DNA of 64,000 bases, taken from Amoebophrya sp. A120 (lineage: Eukaryota; Protista; Dinoflagellata). This document shows, one piece after another, positions 21,303 through 33,907 of the stretch. The notes under the pieces are model-generated. The model saw only the letters and a program-made list of their open reading frames with translations. It was not told where the DNA came from and made no database searches. A program made the translations under genes and the position numbers. Positions within the stretch are counted from its first letter, which is position 1; the number at the start of each line of letters is the position of its first letter. The stretch is taken from contig CAJINV010000001.1 of NCBI GenBank assembly GCA_905178155.1, forward strand, positions 8,029,599 to 8,093,598, given 5' to 3'.

Positions 21303-24300
21303 ATGGCTTTCCGTGCCGACGCTATCGCAAACCTGCCGCAAACAGAGCAGGAGGATGATCTGAATGTGTACAACCAGAGCCAACGGAATGGCCCGTCGCA
21401 GATTGGAACCTCGACCGAGTACAAATGGGACAAGGAGTATTGGGCCGAGAGTCGGGTGCATCCGGGAGACCGCAACGTGTGGTACGCGTTGAACCCACGG
21501 TTTTCGGACCTAGCGAAGTACTATGCGCGGCACGCACAGTGGGCGGAACGGCTGGTCCGCCGGCTGCTAGGGGAGGTGGAGAAGGAGGAGCGAAAAACGG
21601 CGGAGGTCGTAGACAATATGTACCAGTCCATGGCGGAGCGGATGGCACGTCGCTCGGCCGAGCTCGAGAATCAAATTTTCGTGCGGAACCCGTTCATGGA
21701 GGACCCCACCAGCCCGGCCACGTTCGCGAAACGCCTGCAGGAAACGCTAGACCAGCGCGGCGCCATCTTGCGTTCTCGAGCAATGGCCGCGAGTCGCAAG
21801 TATGCAAGCTTTTTCATTTATCGTGCGTTCGAGTACTTGTTGGAAGTTGATGAACCCCAGACAGTAATTATTAACGTCTGCGTGTTGACAAGTGATTTCC
21901 AAAAGATGTTGGTTTTTTTCATATAGTACTTTTTTTGCAATTTTGACGAGCCGCAACAGCCTTCTTCTACGCCATAAAATAGGGGCGGCGCAGTCGCTGG
22001 GCAAACGGGTGCAAAGCTGGGTGCGGATGCGCTGACCCTGCTCGCACGGTGGTTTGAGTTTCACGTAAAGGAGCCCGGGGGCAACCACGACAGCAAGGCG
22101 CGGATCCACCCCTTCACATGGCGGACGCCGTTCTTGACCGAGAACGAAATCAGCCAGGCCGACGTGTTGAAGATTCTCGGGGGTCTCTTCGGGGACAAGC
22201 TTGTCACGGCGGGCGTCGGCCATGCGATGTTGGGCGGTACTGCAGCCTCGGCGGTCATGGACGTGATGCCGGGAAAGAACAACTCGGAGCTGCCGAAAAA
22301 CGCGATGTGGTATGCGGAGGACGAGTCCCCCGTGAAGCCGTGCAACCAGATCAAAGATTTCGAGGAGTGCACGGCTGCGTGGAAGGACGACGACAAACGG
22401 TGCAAGTTTCTCAACACGGCAAAACCTGTATGAGAATGCACAACTCGACGTTTCCCTTTTTTCCCTCATTTGTTGAACAAGGGCACAAGCAACAACAGAA
22501 GGATCAGCGACGAACACGGAGCCCTGGCATAGAAGGCCACATGTTGCTGCGCCGAATTAGGTCGTATTGATTGAGTGTTTCCAGAATTATTTGTGATGCA
22601 ACCAGTAGGTACCAAAATAAATGCAGCAACTAGATTTGGCATTTTGTATGGCAAGCGAGGCCATCAAGGGGAAGTACTAGTTGTGCACTCCCATAACTCG
22701 GGGAGAAGCTCGACGGGGACGCGTACCTACAAAAGATCGACAAAGCCGGCGCCATGTCCGACGAAGCGAAGGCGGATGCGTTGAAAAAGTACAACATGCA
22801 CGGGCGGTGCCAGAAGGTGATGTGCCGCGACCACCTGAACGCCACGAGCTGCACGTCGGACGAGCATAACGAGTGCGTGTGGCAGGAGGGGGACCTGCGG
22901 AGCGTGCGGTCCAAACCGGAGAAGTATCGGGACTGGTTCGTGCAGACGCAGAGCAGCGAGGAAAACCTGAAAGAACTGGCGAAGCCGGAGAACGGGGTGG
23001 AGCGCCGGACGATACGGAACTTGCTCGGGGGAATGGAACTACCGCCCGACGCGGAAACGGACGACCCGCAGGCAGTCCGGCCCTGCCAGGAGCTGCGGCG
23101 CATGCTGGCGCTGAAACGGGTCTCGGAGAAGAAGCGCATGAAGCGGTGGGAACACTTACTCAACGCGGGCGTTTTAACCAAGGACGAGGTCACGTTGCAG
23201 CGGCGCGAGGGCGAGAAGGTGCTGATCGCGGGAGAAAACATCGTGAAGGAGTACTGCCCGAACGAACACTGCGAGGCCCGGCACGCCACGGTGCGGGCGT
23301 TGGACGACGAGCGGCAGTACAAGGAGTGGATGGAGCTGCGGAACGTGAAATTGCTCGGGGACGCGGAGAAGGCCAAGGAGGAGACGAAGACCAAAGTGAT
23401 TGAAGGCGGGCACGACGACCCGGAGGGCACCTACCTGGACGAGGAGTCGGGCCTGGATCTGCGGAAACACTTCAAAAGCGGGCTGGAATTCCACGATTTG
23501 GGGTACGAACCCGGAAAAGTGAACGTGATGGACGGGTATTCGAAGATGCTCGGAGTTCTGGACGGCAACTACGCCATGGACGACTTCAACGCAAAATTCG
23601 CGGAGGAAAAAAAGAAACTGGCCGGGCTGCAGGCCACGGACGAGGAGAAGGCGATGGAAGAGAAAAAGATGTTCGAGAAACTGCTGCACAAAGACCCCAG
23701 GTTTCGCCAGGACGGGGTCTTCAGCACGCGCCTGTTTCAGGAGGGCGCGGAGCCCGAGAAGTCGGACTTCGAAGAGCAGGAGGCCATGAGTACCAACCAA
23801 AACAGCGATACGGTCGCGATGGGGGCAGAGGCGGAACAAGCAAAAGCAGACCGGGAGCAGGCGGAGAAAGAAGCCGCGAATAAACCGCAGACGGAAAAAT
23901 CGGAAACTGGCGAACAAACGCTGACCACGAAAGAGACTGGCAGCACAAGCAGCAGTACAACAAGTCAACTCGAGGTGAACCGGGAGAAGGAGGCTGGTAC
24001 GAGGAAAAGCGGTTCCAAGCTGTTGAGAGGAATTGACAACGAAAGTAAAACAAAAAACTCGCCATCAAGAAGTTCCAAGACTGCTTACGACAAGTCGCAC
24101 TCTCAGGAAAGGCATTCGTCCAAGCGAAACAAGATTGAGGACTGGCACGATCATGTGAACGAGGGCCAAAAAAGGGCGCGCGCCGGGCTTGCAACTGTCA
24201 CACGTGGGAACCACCATGCGCCTGCTGCAGTGAACAGTTTCCGGAACTTTTCCCCTCCCCACGGACACGGACATCGCACAATAGCTGCGGCACGAAAGAC

Positions 24301-25780
24301 GCAACATGCGGCCAAGAAAATGATCAGAGGCCTACCAATGGACGCAAGATACTTTCCACCGAAGGAACGATTACAAAGGAGTAAGCAGCCATCCAGGATT
24401 ATTACGGAAATTGAGGGGGATGCGCTTTTCGCAAATCCAAATACCATTACTCCCAGTGCCAATAGAAAGTGGAGAAACAACCCGACGCATGTGACGGAGT
24501 TTTTGTCCGTCTCAGCCGATGATTCCGTTTCGGGAACGAGCGATCAAACACACCAGCAGCATCACGCCCGGCATCGCATTTCCAAGAAAGCATCCTCCAC
24601 GACGTCAAGGCATAACCCCACCGCGTTTGTCCTGTACCGAGACCGGGATCCCTCGTACCTGGAAGAAGGCAGCGACAAGGAAGGTTTCATCAGTCGTGTG
24701 CGGGAGGGGGAGATGCACGATGAGGACAAGACCGGAGCCTTTGAGTGCGCCGGTCCGAAAAAGCTGGAGCAACTGCACGAGGTGTACGACGCCGCGCTGC
24801 AGAACATCAAGAAGCACGCGTTTTCCCACCTCCCCGTCCGGTTTTGGGTGGACACGATGAAGAAGCTGAACGGGATCCCGAAGAGCTCCAAAGTCCGCAC
24901 GACCGAGATGACCGACCAGCAGCACTTCACGCTCGTGCGCGAGTCCCTTTCGTTGTACGACCGGGTGGTCGGGTTCGTGGGGAAGCTGCAGCGCAAAATC
25001 GGCATGGAACTGGTGGAACACGAAATCAACCCCGGGCTGTACAGCGAAATGCTCCACGACTCGAACACGCTGCGGGACGTCGCGAAGGAGCTGTTCGTCG
25101 AGCGGTACAAGTGCAAAGACGCACAAAAAATGAACCGGTTTGCGCGCTTCAGCGACGAAAGCAGGACCAGCATGTTTCTCGACATTGGCAGGAGTGGCGG
25201 GAGTTCAGTTTCTGCCTTTGGTCGTGATGAAGCCAAAAATGTTGCCACGCGTCACCTTGTCGGAAGGAAGCGACATCGAACGAGTTTCGGAAATACCGCC
25301 GTCCACGTCCACTACAGATCCGAGCCAGCGAGCGCACAGGATCCGGGCCGCAAGGTTCTGAAACCTTATGTCACGACGACTACCCAGTTCACCGGCACTC
25401 AGCAAAGCGATGCAGCATCTGGCTCTCTTAGTTTGAACAGACCAGAGGTGAAGCTGAAAATTATGGTCGAGGACGCGCCGCCGCTGCGAGCACGGGGATT
25501 CGGGTGGCATTTTTCTGCAAAAATGGCTGCCGCGATGGACCTCCACCAGAATCCTCGAAGCCAACCTCTACTAGGAGCCTCTGGCGTGGACGGGCTGCTA
25601 GACTTGTCCCGAGTCGAAAGGGAGACGCACTTGTTTCCGCACGGCGTCACATCCTTCGTCGCAGACAGCGACTACGATCCGTTCACGAAAACAGGCGGAG
25701 TAGACACGGGAGCTACAACTTGTGGCCCTGAGGTAGAGGCTGGCGCGCCGTGCAGTTTCCGCGTCCCATTCGGGGGCTAG
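21303..25780 (+). CDS. Large hypothetical protein, 3 exons
   Basis: Exons 21303-21799, 21983-~22424 and ~22697-25780. The first intron is GT-AG, phase 2 (21800-21982); the second is a TIR element. Contains Cys clusters and coiled coils; no family recognised. Confidence 0.6.
22429..22695. mobile_element. Introner/MITE-like element C (267 bp)
   Basis: TIR TATGAGAATGCACAACT / AGTTGTGCACTCCCATA (15/17; 23/30 when extended) with flanks ACCTG/ACTCG. Removing 272 nt joins the 22134 and 22754 frames. Confidence 0.75.
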
Positions 25781-26547
25781 CGCGAAGACAGCCCGATCTA
25801 CGAAGAAAGAGTTGTATAAGTATGCGAACTCCGCCTGTAAAGGTGAAGCCATTTCTGGTTACCACTTTATCCTGCAATCCCATGCTGAACTCTTTTTGTG
25901 TTGCATAGTACGTACTAATAAATGCTGCACAGCAGCACGACTTTCAATGTACAATTCAAAATTCCATCTGTTTCGACGGTTTTTTGGAGGAACGGAAAAC
26001 AAACGTACAATGAATTTCACCTTGCTTATTTTGCATTATCTAAGCATGCAGCCACTTCTTTTCGATCAAGTGAGTCAGGTGCGTTCGCCGCCTGACTGGA
26101 CCTGCGACAGGAAAGTTCGTCGTCTGCTACAGCAAATAGAAAACTGTTCTCAAACGGATCGCTGCAGGTACGGCGGGCGCTCACTCAATTTATACTTCGA
26201 GAGACCAAACTGCAACAAGGGGAGACGAAGAGTGAGCTTCTCGGCGTGGGAGGGTGTATTGCTCACTGTCGATTACTTATTCGTTTTTGCACAGCACTCT
26301 CACAGTTCCTGGCTCACCGGATAGCATACCTCCACCATCATAGAAGCTTTCTTGGCATTGCCTTTCTGTTTGTAAATTCTTTTTTAGCTTGCTTACGATT
26401 TTTTTAACATCATCTCTGGAAATTCATAGAGCGTATGTTCGTGAGCCGGCACCATGTCAGTTACAAGCACGTGGTCGATGAAGAAGTGAATTTTGTCAGC
26501 CTGCTGCCGCGACCGACATTACTTGATCGGATCCGTCGACATTCTCT

Positions 26548-28134
26548 ATGGCAGAGGTTGAAGAAGGCCCCCCTGCTGTCGACTACACGCAACGGCCGAG
26601 CGAGCCCGTGCGCATCCAGTCGTTTCTTCAACTTGCTTCGTTCCATGTCGGGAAAGACCCGGGCGACGAGTCGGAGCTCGTGGGCGGGCGCGTCCGTCTC
26701 TGGCTGTACTGGATCGACCCCCGTATGGCGAATTGGCCGGAGGGCACGCCCCTGCCCACGACACTTTGGCGCCCGGAGTGCGGCATCATGTGGCGCCTGA
26801 AGCGGATCCTCGATGACGACGAAAAGAAGAAAACGACCGCCTCCACCACGGTGGTCCTTACGGAGAAGGAGCACACCGCCGCGGCAGGTTTCCAGCACAT
26901 GCCACAACCGCAGATCTGGAACGGCCAGGACGCCAGGAAGCGGGGTCTGGTGTTCATAAAGGTCTTGCTGGAAGTCACGGACGTGGACATGCTGGAGGAT
27001 GAGTACCGTTTGAAAGTTTTCCCCTTCGACGTGCTGAGGATAGACTGCGCGATCTGGATGAGCGGGCAGCAGCGTATGGAAAGCACGGACAAAGTGGACG
27101 TGGAATTTTTTCCGATGCAACTCGGCGGGCCGAATGGTATCAAAGAGGATGGAATAAAGAAGGACCACTTGGAAAACGACCATGAAGATGTGAAAAACCA
27201 GTTTTACCCGCTTCTGATCAGCACGGGAAAGCCGTCAGAAACTAGTATCGACAATGCTGCCGGCGCGGCCGAATCGGTTGCTCTGGAGCTCGATCCACAA
27301 AAGGGAAACCGCATAGCGGTCGGCTGTCGAACGAAGGCGGGGGAGCTGGAGCTGAGCGGCATCACCTTTGCTGGCAACACGCACACCTCCATGATGACGG
27401 GAGTGCAATACTCCGATGTGATCTTCTCGTTCCACTTGAAACGCCGCCCGCAGCTCTATCTGTGGAAGGGCGTTGTCCCGTTGTCCCTCTGCTTTCTGTA
27501 CGGCCTTCTCACTACGTTTTTGCACCCACAGGAGCTTGGCGGGAGGTTGCAGACGCACACGGCGTTGTTCCTCACCGTCTTCGCGATTCAATGGGTGCTC
27601 GCGGAGCGGGTGCCCAAAATCTGCTACCTGACTTTGCTTGACCATTTAGTGTTCGCCGTAGTTGCGGCCCTGACGATACTAGTTTTCGGTAGCTGCGCAG
27701 CGTACGCTTTTGGCCTCGGCGCGGCAGGGATTATCGGGACAGATGACAATAGCGAGTCATTCGACCTGAAAGGGGCAAGGATGGTGGATTTCGTGACGTT
27801 GTTGGTTGTTCTGATGACCTTTGCCGCACATTTCACGTACGTGGCTAGGACACGATCGCTGCGAAGCGTGATCTGGGGCGGTGGGCGCAGCGGACCGTTG
27901 AGTGGTATCAAAGTGGGACCGAGCAGTGGCGCCGCACAGGCATCGGCCACGCCTGAAAGCGATATAACGGTGTTCGGCACGCGATCATGGAAGAAAGGGA
28001 CGCATATTATCAATGGTGTGTGCGTGCCAAAACCTGGTAATACCTTCGTCTTAGACGCTGAAAACTTTGGAACGTCGAAACAGAAGCGGCTAGGCGTTTC
28101 CGGGCGCGGCTTACGGGTTGGAGAGGCCTTTTGA
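26548..28134 (+). CDS. Pentameric ligand-gated ion channel subunit, Cys-less (Pro-loop, ELIC/GLIC-like)
   Basis: LWRP, FPFD Pro-loop, YSDVIFSFHLKRRPQLYLWKGVVP (pre-M1/M1), M2-M3 loop VPKICYLTLLD and four TM segments. Confidence 0.82.
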   Translation: MAEVEEGPPAVDYTQRPSEPVRIQSFLQLASFHVGKDPGDESELVGGRVRLWLYWIDPRMANWPEGTPLPTTLWRPECGIMWRLKRILDDDEKKKTTASTTVVLTEKEHTAAAGFQHMPQPQIWNGQDARKRGLVFIKVLLEVTDVDMLEDEYRLKVFPFDVLRIDCAIWMSGQQRMESTDKVDVEFFPMQLGGPNGIKEDGIKKDHLENDHEDVKNQFYPLLISTGKPSETSIDNAAGAAESVALELDPQKGNRIAVGCRTKAGELELSGITFAGNTHTSMMTGVQYSDVIFSFHLKRRPQLYLWKGVVPLSLCFLYGLLTTFLHPQELGGRLQTHTALFLTVFAIQWVLAERVPKICYLTLLDHLVFAVVAALTILVFGSCAAYAFGLGAAGIIGTDDNSESFDLKGARMVDFVTLLVVLMTFAAHFTYVARTRSLRSVIWGGGRSGPLSGIKVGPSSGAAQASATPESDITVFGTRSWKKGTHIINGVCVPKPGNTFVLDAENFGTSKQKRLGVSGRGLRVGEAF

Positions 28135-28575
28135 GGAAGCGACGTGCAGGGGTGTTGCCTTACTTTGCAAGTTGTGTGAACAAATGTGCTGGGTCCTTGC
28201 ATAATTGCGCTCTACTTTGCGGGTACGTAGCCCTAAGTACATTCGCACCGACATTTTGATCGCCTTCATTTCGACCAGCGATTGGTCACAACTACTGTCG
28301 CTGTGAAGTGTTAGTCTGTCGTGTCTCGTCAGTTTCCTTTGTTTCTTTCGCTCGGAGAGCGAGGCCAAACTGGAACTGCAAAAGGGAAAGAGACTTTTCA
28401 AAAGTGCTTAGCGACGTGAGGCCGCGAGTGTCATCGATTTTTCGGATCCCCCTTCGTTTCGGATCGGATTCCCTTTTTGCTTCATCAATCTGACAGAATC
28501 AAACTCAAAACTACGCTCGAAGTGGTGGAAATATAAAGTGGATGAATCGGTAGGATTCATGGACTCTCAACAAAT

Positions 28576-30015
28576 GTGAAGAGATCTTTGTCATGTTGTG
28601 GATTTGATCTTCTTCGCGTTTTGCCACAGCGACTGTACCAGCCTGGTCCATTACAAGGAAAAAGTTTCTTTCTGTTGTTCGTCGTTTCTGCTCTGGTGGA
28701 GGATCCTGAAAAGCCACAACTTGAGTCCTTTCAACCTGTCGTCCCCGCCACGATGGTGTTAACGTCTGACCTGTTGAACACCAATCAGCAGGCCGAGCTG
28801 CGGCTTCACCTGGATGAGCCGAGTTTTTTTCTGCCGACGATGCACCGCGTGCAGATTCCGAACAGTGGCGTGCCTCTTCCTTTACCGGCGAAAGCCGCCG
28901 TCTTTGCCAAGCTGGCGGAGCGAACGCGGGACGACATGGCGGTGTTGGTAAAGCAAATGGACCGCGACCTAGACCACATGCGCGCGAACGCCGTGGAAGC
29001 CAACGTGCTGTACGCTACAGCGAAAGCAGCGGCGAAAGCCGGGGAGCAGGCGCACCTGGCCAGCTTGCCGCTGAAGGAATTCAACGAGCTAAAACAGCTC
29101 GTGGACCAATTGGAATTAAAAGGCGCAGGGGAGCCGGAGGAAGGTGCGGTGGCGGCTGAAATAAGTCCAACGAATGCAGAAGGAGATCAGCAGCAAGGAA
29201 CTAGTACACATCCGTCTTCCACAAACGCTTCTTTCCTTTCCAACTCCTTGCTGGAGCACAACAAGGAGGTGAGAGACCTGGAGCGAGCGAGAGAGGCGGC
29301 GCGCACGCTGCTGGAGAAGGGAAAAGTGGACGCAGGATTTGAGGAAAAGGTCCTGAAGCCGCTGGAGGAGGAGCTGCAGGAGCTGAAAAACCTGTACGAG
29401 GACCTGGACCAGCAACGCGTGCTCGACGCGTTGCCGCCCAGCCTCGGACAAGCGCACGCCACCGCAATTTTCGAAAGCGGGGGCGATCGCCAAGTTCTCA
29501 AGGAGAAGCTCGCGGAGCTGAGCGACTCCCTCTGGCCCTTCGACCTGGTGCCCAAAGAGTCCATGGTGCCTTTGAAGGCGGTTTCGAGGGACGCGTTTGG
29601 GAATTTCGATACCGTCAGGCTGCCAGGCCTGCCACTGCAGAAAACGGTCGCGGTGGATTCGAATCAGCCGGCCGCGTTTTCCGCGCGAAGACCGACGTAC
29701 GGTGTGGAGAGGGTGGAAGACTTCGAAAACTTGTTGCAAAAAGACAAAGCGAGAAAAGAACCCTCTCCGGAGCAGCAGAAGGAGCAGGCGGAGCAGTGGA
29801 ATCCGTTTGTCATGGCGAATAAGGAACGGGAGAAAGAGGACAAGTATCTGCAGGAGAAAAGCGATTCGATGCGCGAGCATTTGAATATGAGCCCGGAGGA
29901 ACTGGCGAAAGCCGATCCTCTCATGCGGAACGCACTGCAGGTCGCCTCACCGGCAGACAGTTTCAGAAACGAGTTCGACACTGCAAAACACTTGCTCGTA
30001 GAAAAGTTTCTGTAA
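28576..30015 (+). CDS. Hypothetical coiled-coil protein (start uncertain; first ATG 28753)
   Basis: 479-codon ORF with GC-rich third codon positions and heptad-rich E/K/L segments. Confidence 0.6.
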   Translation: MKRSLSCCGFDLLRVLPQRLYQPGPLQGKSFFLLFVVSALVEDPEKPQLESFQPVVPATMVLTSDLLNTNQQAELRLHLDEPSFFLPTMHRVQIPNSGVPLPLPAKAAVFAKLAERTRDDMAVLVKQMDRDLDHMRANAVEANVLYATAKAAAKAGEQAHLASLPLKEFNELKQLVDQLELKGAGEPEEGAVAAEISPTNAEGDQQQGTSTHPSSTNASFLSNSLLEHNKEVRDLERAREAARTLLEKGKVDAGFEEKVLKPLEEELQELKNLYEDLDQQRVLDALPPSLGQAHATAIFESGGDRQVLKEKLAELSDSLWPFDLVPKESMVPLKAVSRDAFGNFDTVRLPGLPLQKTVAVDSNQPAAFSARRPTYGVERVEDFENLLQKDKARKEPSPEQQKEQAEQWNPFVMANKEREKEDKYLQEKSDSMREHLNMSPEELAKADPLMRNALQVASPADSFRNEFDTAKHLLVEKFL

Positions 30016-30286
30016 GATAGGAGTGTAGTTTCGATATCTGTTGGTGCTGCTAGCTGTGCCACCAGCTGTTTCCGTAGCTGCGAAAGGCGTTTCTGACTCG
30101 ATCACGGAGGTGTTCTGTGAATACGAAAGTACGAAATGGAAATAAGTACCTAAGTAGTTACAGTTCCCTTTTATCTTCTGATACGATTCAATGATACGCT
30201 CCGCTTCGCAAAGAGCGAATTTTTTGTTCTGCTGGGAGACTTCTACGGCTAGTCCTCCTCCCGGAGGGGCAGGAGTTTCTGAAGCC

Positions 30287-32480
30287 ATGACAGCGCTCTT
30301 GTCCGTGATCGTGTTTTCGTTGCTTTCTGCAGCGCGCGCTGCCGTGACGATCCAGTTAGGCGACAGCCCGCTGCCAGAATGGCTGTTCCACTGCGATCCG
30401 CGGAATTACGTGCGGTCGATCCTGACGCCGGACTTCCACCACCGCGATATGATTTTCCAGCCGGACCGAGACTGCCTGCACAAGGAAGCCCGAGCGGTCT
30501 TCCACCTCTGCGCAGAGCGAATGAATTCGGTAAAACAGGAGAACATCGCGCATCTGTATTCTGCTTTCGCAGCCCAAAGGCAATCAATGTTGTTCTTGAT
30601 CGAGGGGCTTTGAGTATTTCTTTTTCTACTTTTTTACAATCCCCGACTTTCAGGTCCGCGCTCTGGCAGTGCAGCAGGCGGAGAAAAGTGAATGCCGGAC
30701 ACCGCGGGCGCTAGAGGCTTTGGACGACGAAGAGGCAGAGTTCATAGGAGAAGGCCCGGGCAGGAGCAGAGCAGCACCAGCAGCTGGAAAGAACGAAGAG
30801 CCGACGTCGGACTCGACTACGACAACGCGGGCTTCTTCCTGTCAAATGCGCACGTTTTTCACTTCCACGGCCACGACCGGGGGGAGTAGCTACGCCTTCG
30901 GCCTGCAGGCGGAGGACCAGATTAATCCTACAAGAAGCAGTGGAAAAAATAACCAACTTTCCACTTCGAGGACCGAGCTTGCGATTAACACGGAATTTTT
31001 CCGGCGTCAGCAGGCGCTAGCGACGAGAAGGGCATCGCCTGGAGGTGCAGCGGCACCGCGCGGTCGGAATTCGTTCTACGACAGTAGCTCTGGAAAAAAG
31101 AATGAGACGAGTTGTTTTTTTTCCGTGTACGATTTCCACCGCGATTTTCTTTTGCACGGGGGCACGTCGCACTTCGTTGAAAAGAATCTCTTTCGCCTGT
31201 CTGTCGAGCCTGACATCGAGAAACACCTCCCCTACATGCCGACGTTGTGGCGAGACACGTTTTCCGAGGTCAGCGGGAAGCTGATGCTTCTGCACGACAT
31301 CCGCTGGGACGTGATGCACTTTTTCACGAGAACCAAACTGGACAAGTGGACCAACGAAGAGGTGCACTTGCCCTTCCGTCGCGGGGACAGGGAGGTGTTG
31401 GTCCAAAACCTATTCCGCCTGCCGCCAGACTGGTCCCTGCACCCGCGCACGCGGCGGTGGCACGTGGTGTGCGCGTTGTGCCGGAAGGTGGCGACCGAGA
31501 ACCCGGACCTGGAGGTCTTGCGGATTGCGGAAATCGGGGTCTTCGCGGGCGAGACGACGCTGCACATGCTGGAAAACTGCACGAATGCCGATGGTATGAT
31601 CGAACCCTTTCCGGAGGGACGCGTGAGCCCGCCGGAAGATAGCAGCGGGGGCCTGAATCAGGAGTACGACTTGCCGTTGGGGAGTCAGTACGAACTAGAG
31701 AAAACCACTGGTAGTTTTTCATCGTCGAGAAGTAGTACAAAAGGACGACAAAAAGGAGCAGCAGCAGCGTCCGAGGGAGCAGGAGAAAACGGCGTCGACG
31801 AAGAAGAGGACAAATCGGCCCCACTTCGTGACTTTTTCGCGAAGCAGAGAAAAGATTTGGAGCGGGACAACAGTATGTTGGGGCGAACAGTACGGTCAAA
31901 TTCAAAAGCAGCGACGCGCAAGTTACGCACGAAACCTGTGAAGATCCAGTACAATCTGATAGACCCCTGGGAGCTGCCCGCCGCGGGCTTCCAGATCATG
32001 GTGGACTGGTACAAGGAGCACGAGTCGTGGAAAATAAATGATGGCAACGACGGGAACGACGTGTACAAAAACCTGCTGAGGAGGATAAAAGAGGTGGAAA
32101 GGCAAAAGAACAATCAACCCTTCCCGATCACCGAGATGCGGCTGGACGAGGTCGTGCCAAGCCACCAGCCGGGGATTTTCACGCACAAGCGAACCTCCGA
32201 CCTAGCCGCGCGGTCCGTGACCGAAATCGACTTTTTGTTCGTGGACGGCGACCACTCGTACCAAGGCTGCCATGACGACATGCGGTTTTTCTACCCGAAG
32301 ACGAAAATCCTGGCGGCAGGGCATGATTTCCGGTACTGGGACTTCCACGGCATCGTCCTCGCCGTGTTGAACATGCGCAGGCCCGGAACGCCAGCACATG
32401 CGGACTACGGGCACCGGTGCGAGGGACCTGTCTACCTAGACTCCGAAAACATCCACTGGAGCTACATAAAACAGGAATGA
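30287..32480 (+). CDS. Signal-peptide-bearing class I SAM-dependent methyltransferase (Methyltransf_24-like), 2 exons
   Basis: Leader MTALLSVIVFSLLSAARA; phase-0 GT-AG intron 30530-30653; motifs IAEIGVFAGET, LIDPW, DFLFVDGDHSY and AGHDF. Confidence 0.78.
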
Positions 32481-32934
32481 TGTAGTTCGCAATTGTAATG
32501 CAGCAGAAGCTGCTGCGGCTGCGCACTTGGAATTGGATCCGTTTGAAATAAAGAAGAACGAGAAATACATCCTGTGCAGTCGCATGGAACGGAATACAAG
32601 GGAGATGACTGTGCTTGCGGCCAGTCCCTTGTTCACGTTCGCCTGTTGTTGTTTCTGGTTGTGCCTAGGATCCGCGTTGTTCGCAGAATCGCTGATCACT
32701 GGCTAAAATCTCGGAGTTGATGAAACTCGATGGCAGCAGATCTTTTTCTCTACTTTTGGTGGACATCAAGACTGCATCAGGTTCTTGATATCATGAAAGA
32801 CACATTTGCATGCGTTTTCACTTCTAATCTTTACTTTGTGCGAAAATCAAAGTCGCGAGCTAATGTTTAAGTGAGTACGTTATTGGCATTCTTTTCATGC
32901 CGCTAGTAGTGCAAGTGCTAAGTTTTGTTTCAAA

Positions 32935-33486
32935 ATGTCGGGCGCATCACCGGAAATAGTGGTCACGCGTGCAATGAAGGCTTTGCAGACTGGGGTGCAG
33001 CGGCTCCAGGCGCCAGTGGCGAAGGGATTTCAGCGGGGTTCGAAGATGCTCGGTTTTCCGACGGCAAACATGGAAATTATGTGGGACCTCGAGGGCCAAC
33101 CGGGCCAGCTTACGCCCGCGCAAAAAACGCTGCTCGACTTCATGAACACACACCCGTGCGGAATATACTACGGGTGGTGCCAAGTGCCTGACGTAGACGA
33201 GACAGTACACAAGGCCGCAGTTTCGATTGGTTGGAATCCGACGTTTAAGGACGTGAAACAGAAGGTAATCGAGCCTTGGATTTTGCACGAGTTTGACCGC
33301 GACTTTTACGGGGCGGAATTGCGCCTGTTGCTGTGCGGGTATGTGCGGGAGGAAATCGATTTTCAAGGCAACTTTGAACTTTTGGTTAAAGCAATCAAAG
33401 AAGACGGCGAGTTCTGTGCACAGGCATTGGATTCGTGTCTGGAAGCGAAAAACGACGCTTTTTTTCTTAACAGTGGAAATAGCTGA
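32935..33486 (+). CDS. RFK: Riboflavin kinase
   Basis: GFQRGSKMLGFPTAN, GIYYGW, SIGWNP, IEPWILHEFDRDFYG and GYVREE form the monofunctional eukaryotic RFK signature. Confidence 0.95.
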   Translation: MSGASPEIVVTRAMKALQTGVQRLQAPVAKGFQRGSKMLGFPTANMEIMWDLEGQPGQLTPAQKTLLDFMNTHPCGIYYGWCQVPDVDETVHKAAVSIGWNPTFKDVKQKVIEPWILHEFDRDFYGAELRLLLCGYVREEIDFQGNFELLVKAIKEDGEFCAQALDSCLEAKNDAFFLNSGNS

Positions 33487-33907
33487 CACTGCAACCGCAG
33501 GCTTTTTACTGTATGGGCAACATATCAACAGGAGCATGGGAATTCAGTTCTTCTTGTTTATCTCTCTTGGTTCGCCATTTCGATGGATTTTTCCTCATGT
33601 TCAAATCGAATACCGTTCTACCTCGGCGGCGTTGGTTCGCGTCGTCGGTCGACTTTTTGCGAATGATCGCTTAGTAGACACCAGTGCAGACTTCCTTCTC
33701 CTTTGGCGTCCGGAATGAATGCTTCGCCATTCGTCCAAAAGTGTTGAAATGAGGATCGCTTTCTGTTTTGGAAGGCTAAGCCAACGGATCAGAGGTTCCC
33801 GCTTCAGTTTATCGCTACGGACATAGAAGATCCATGTTCACATTAGAGACAGAAAAATCGAAAGAAATCTACTAACTTTTTGTTTGGTGAAGGTTCTGGT
33901 ACGTCCA

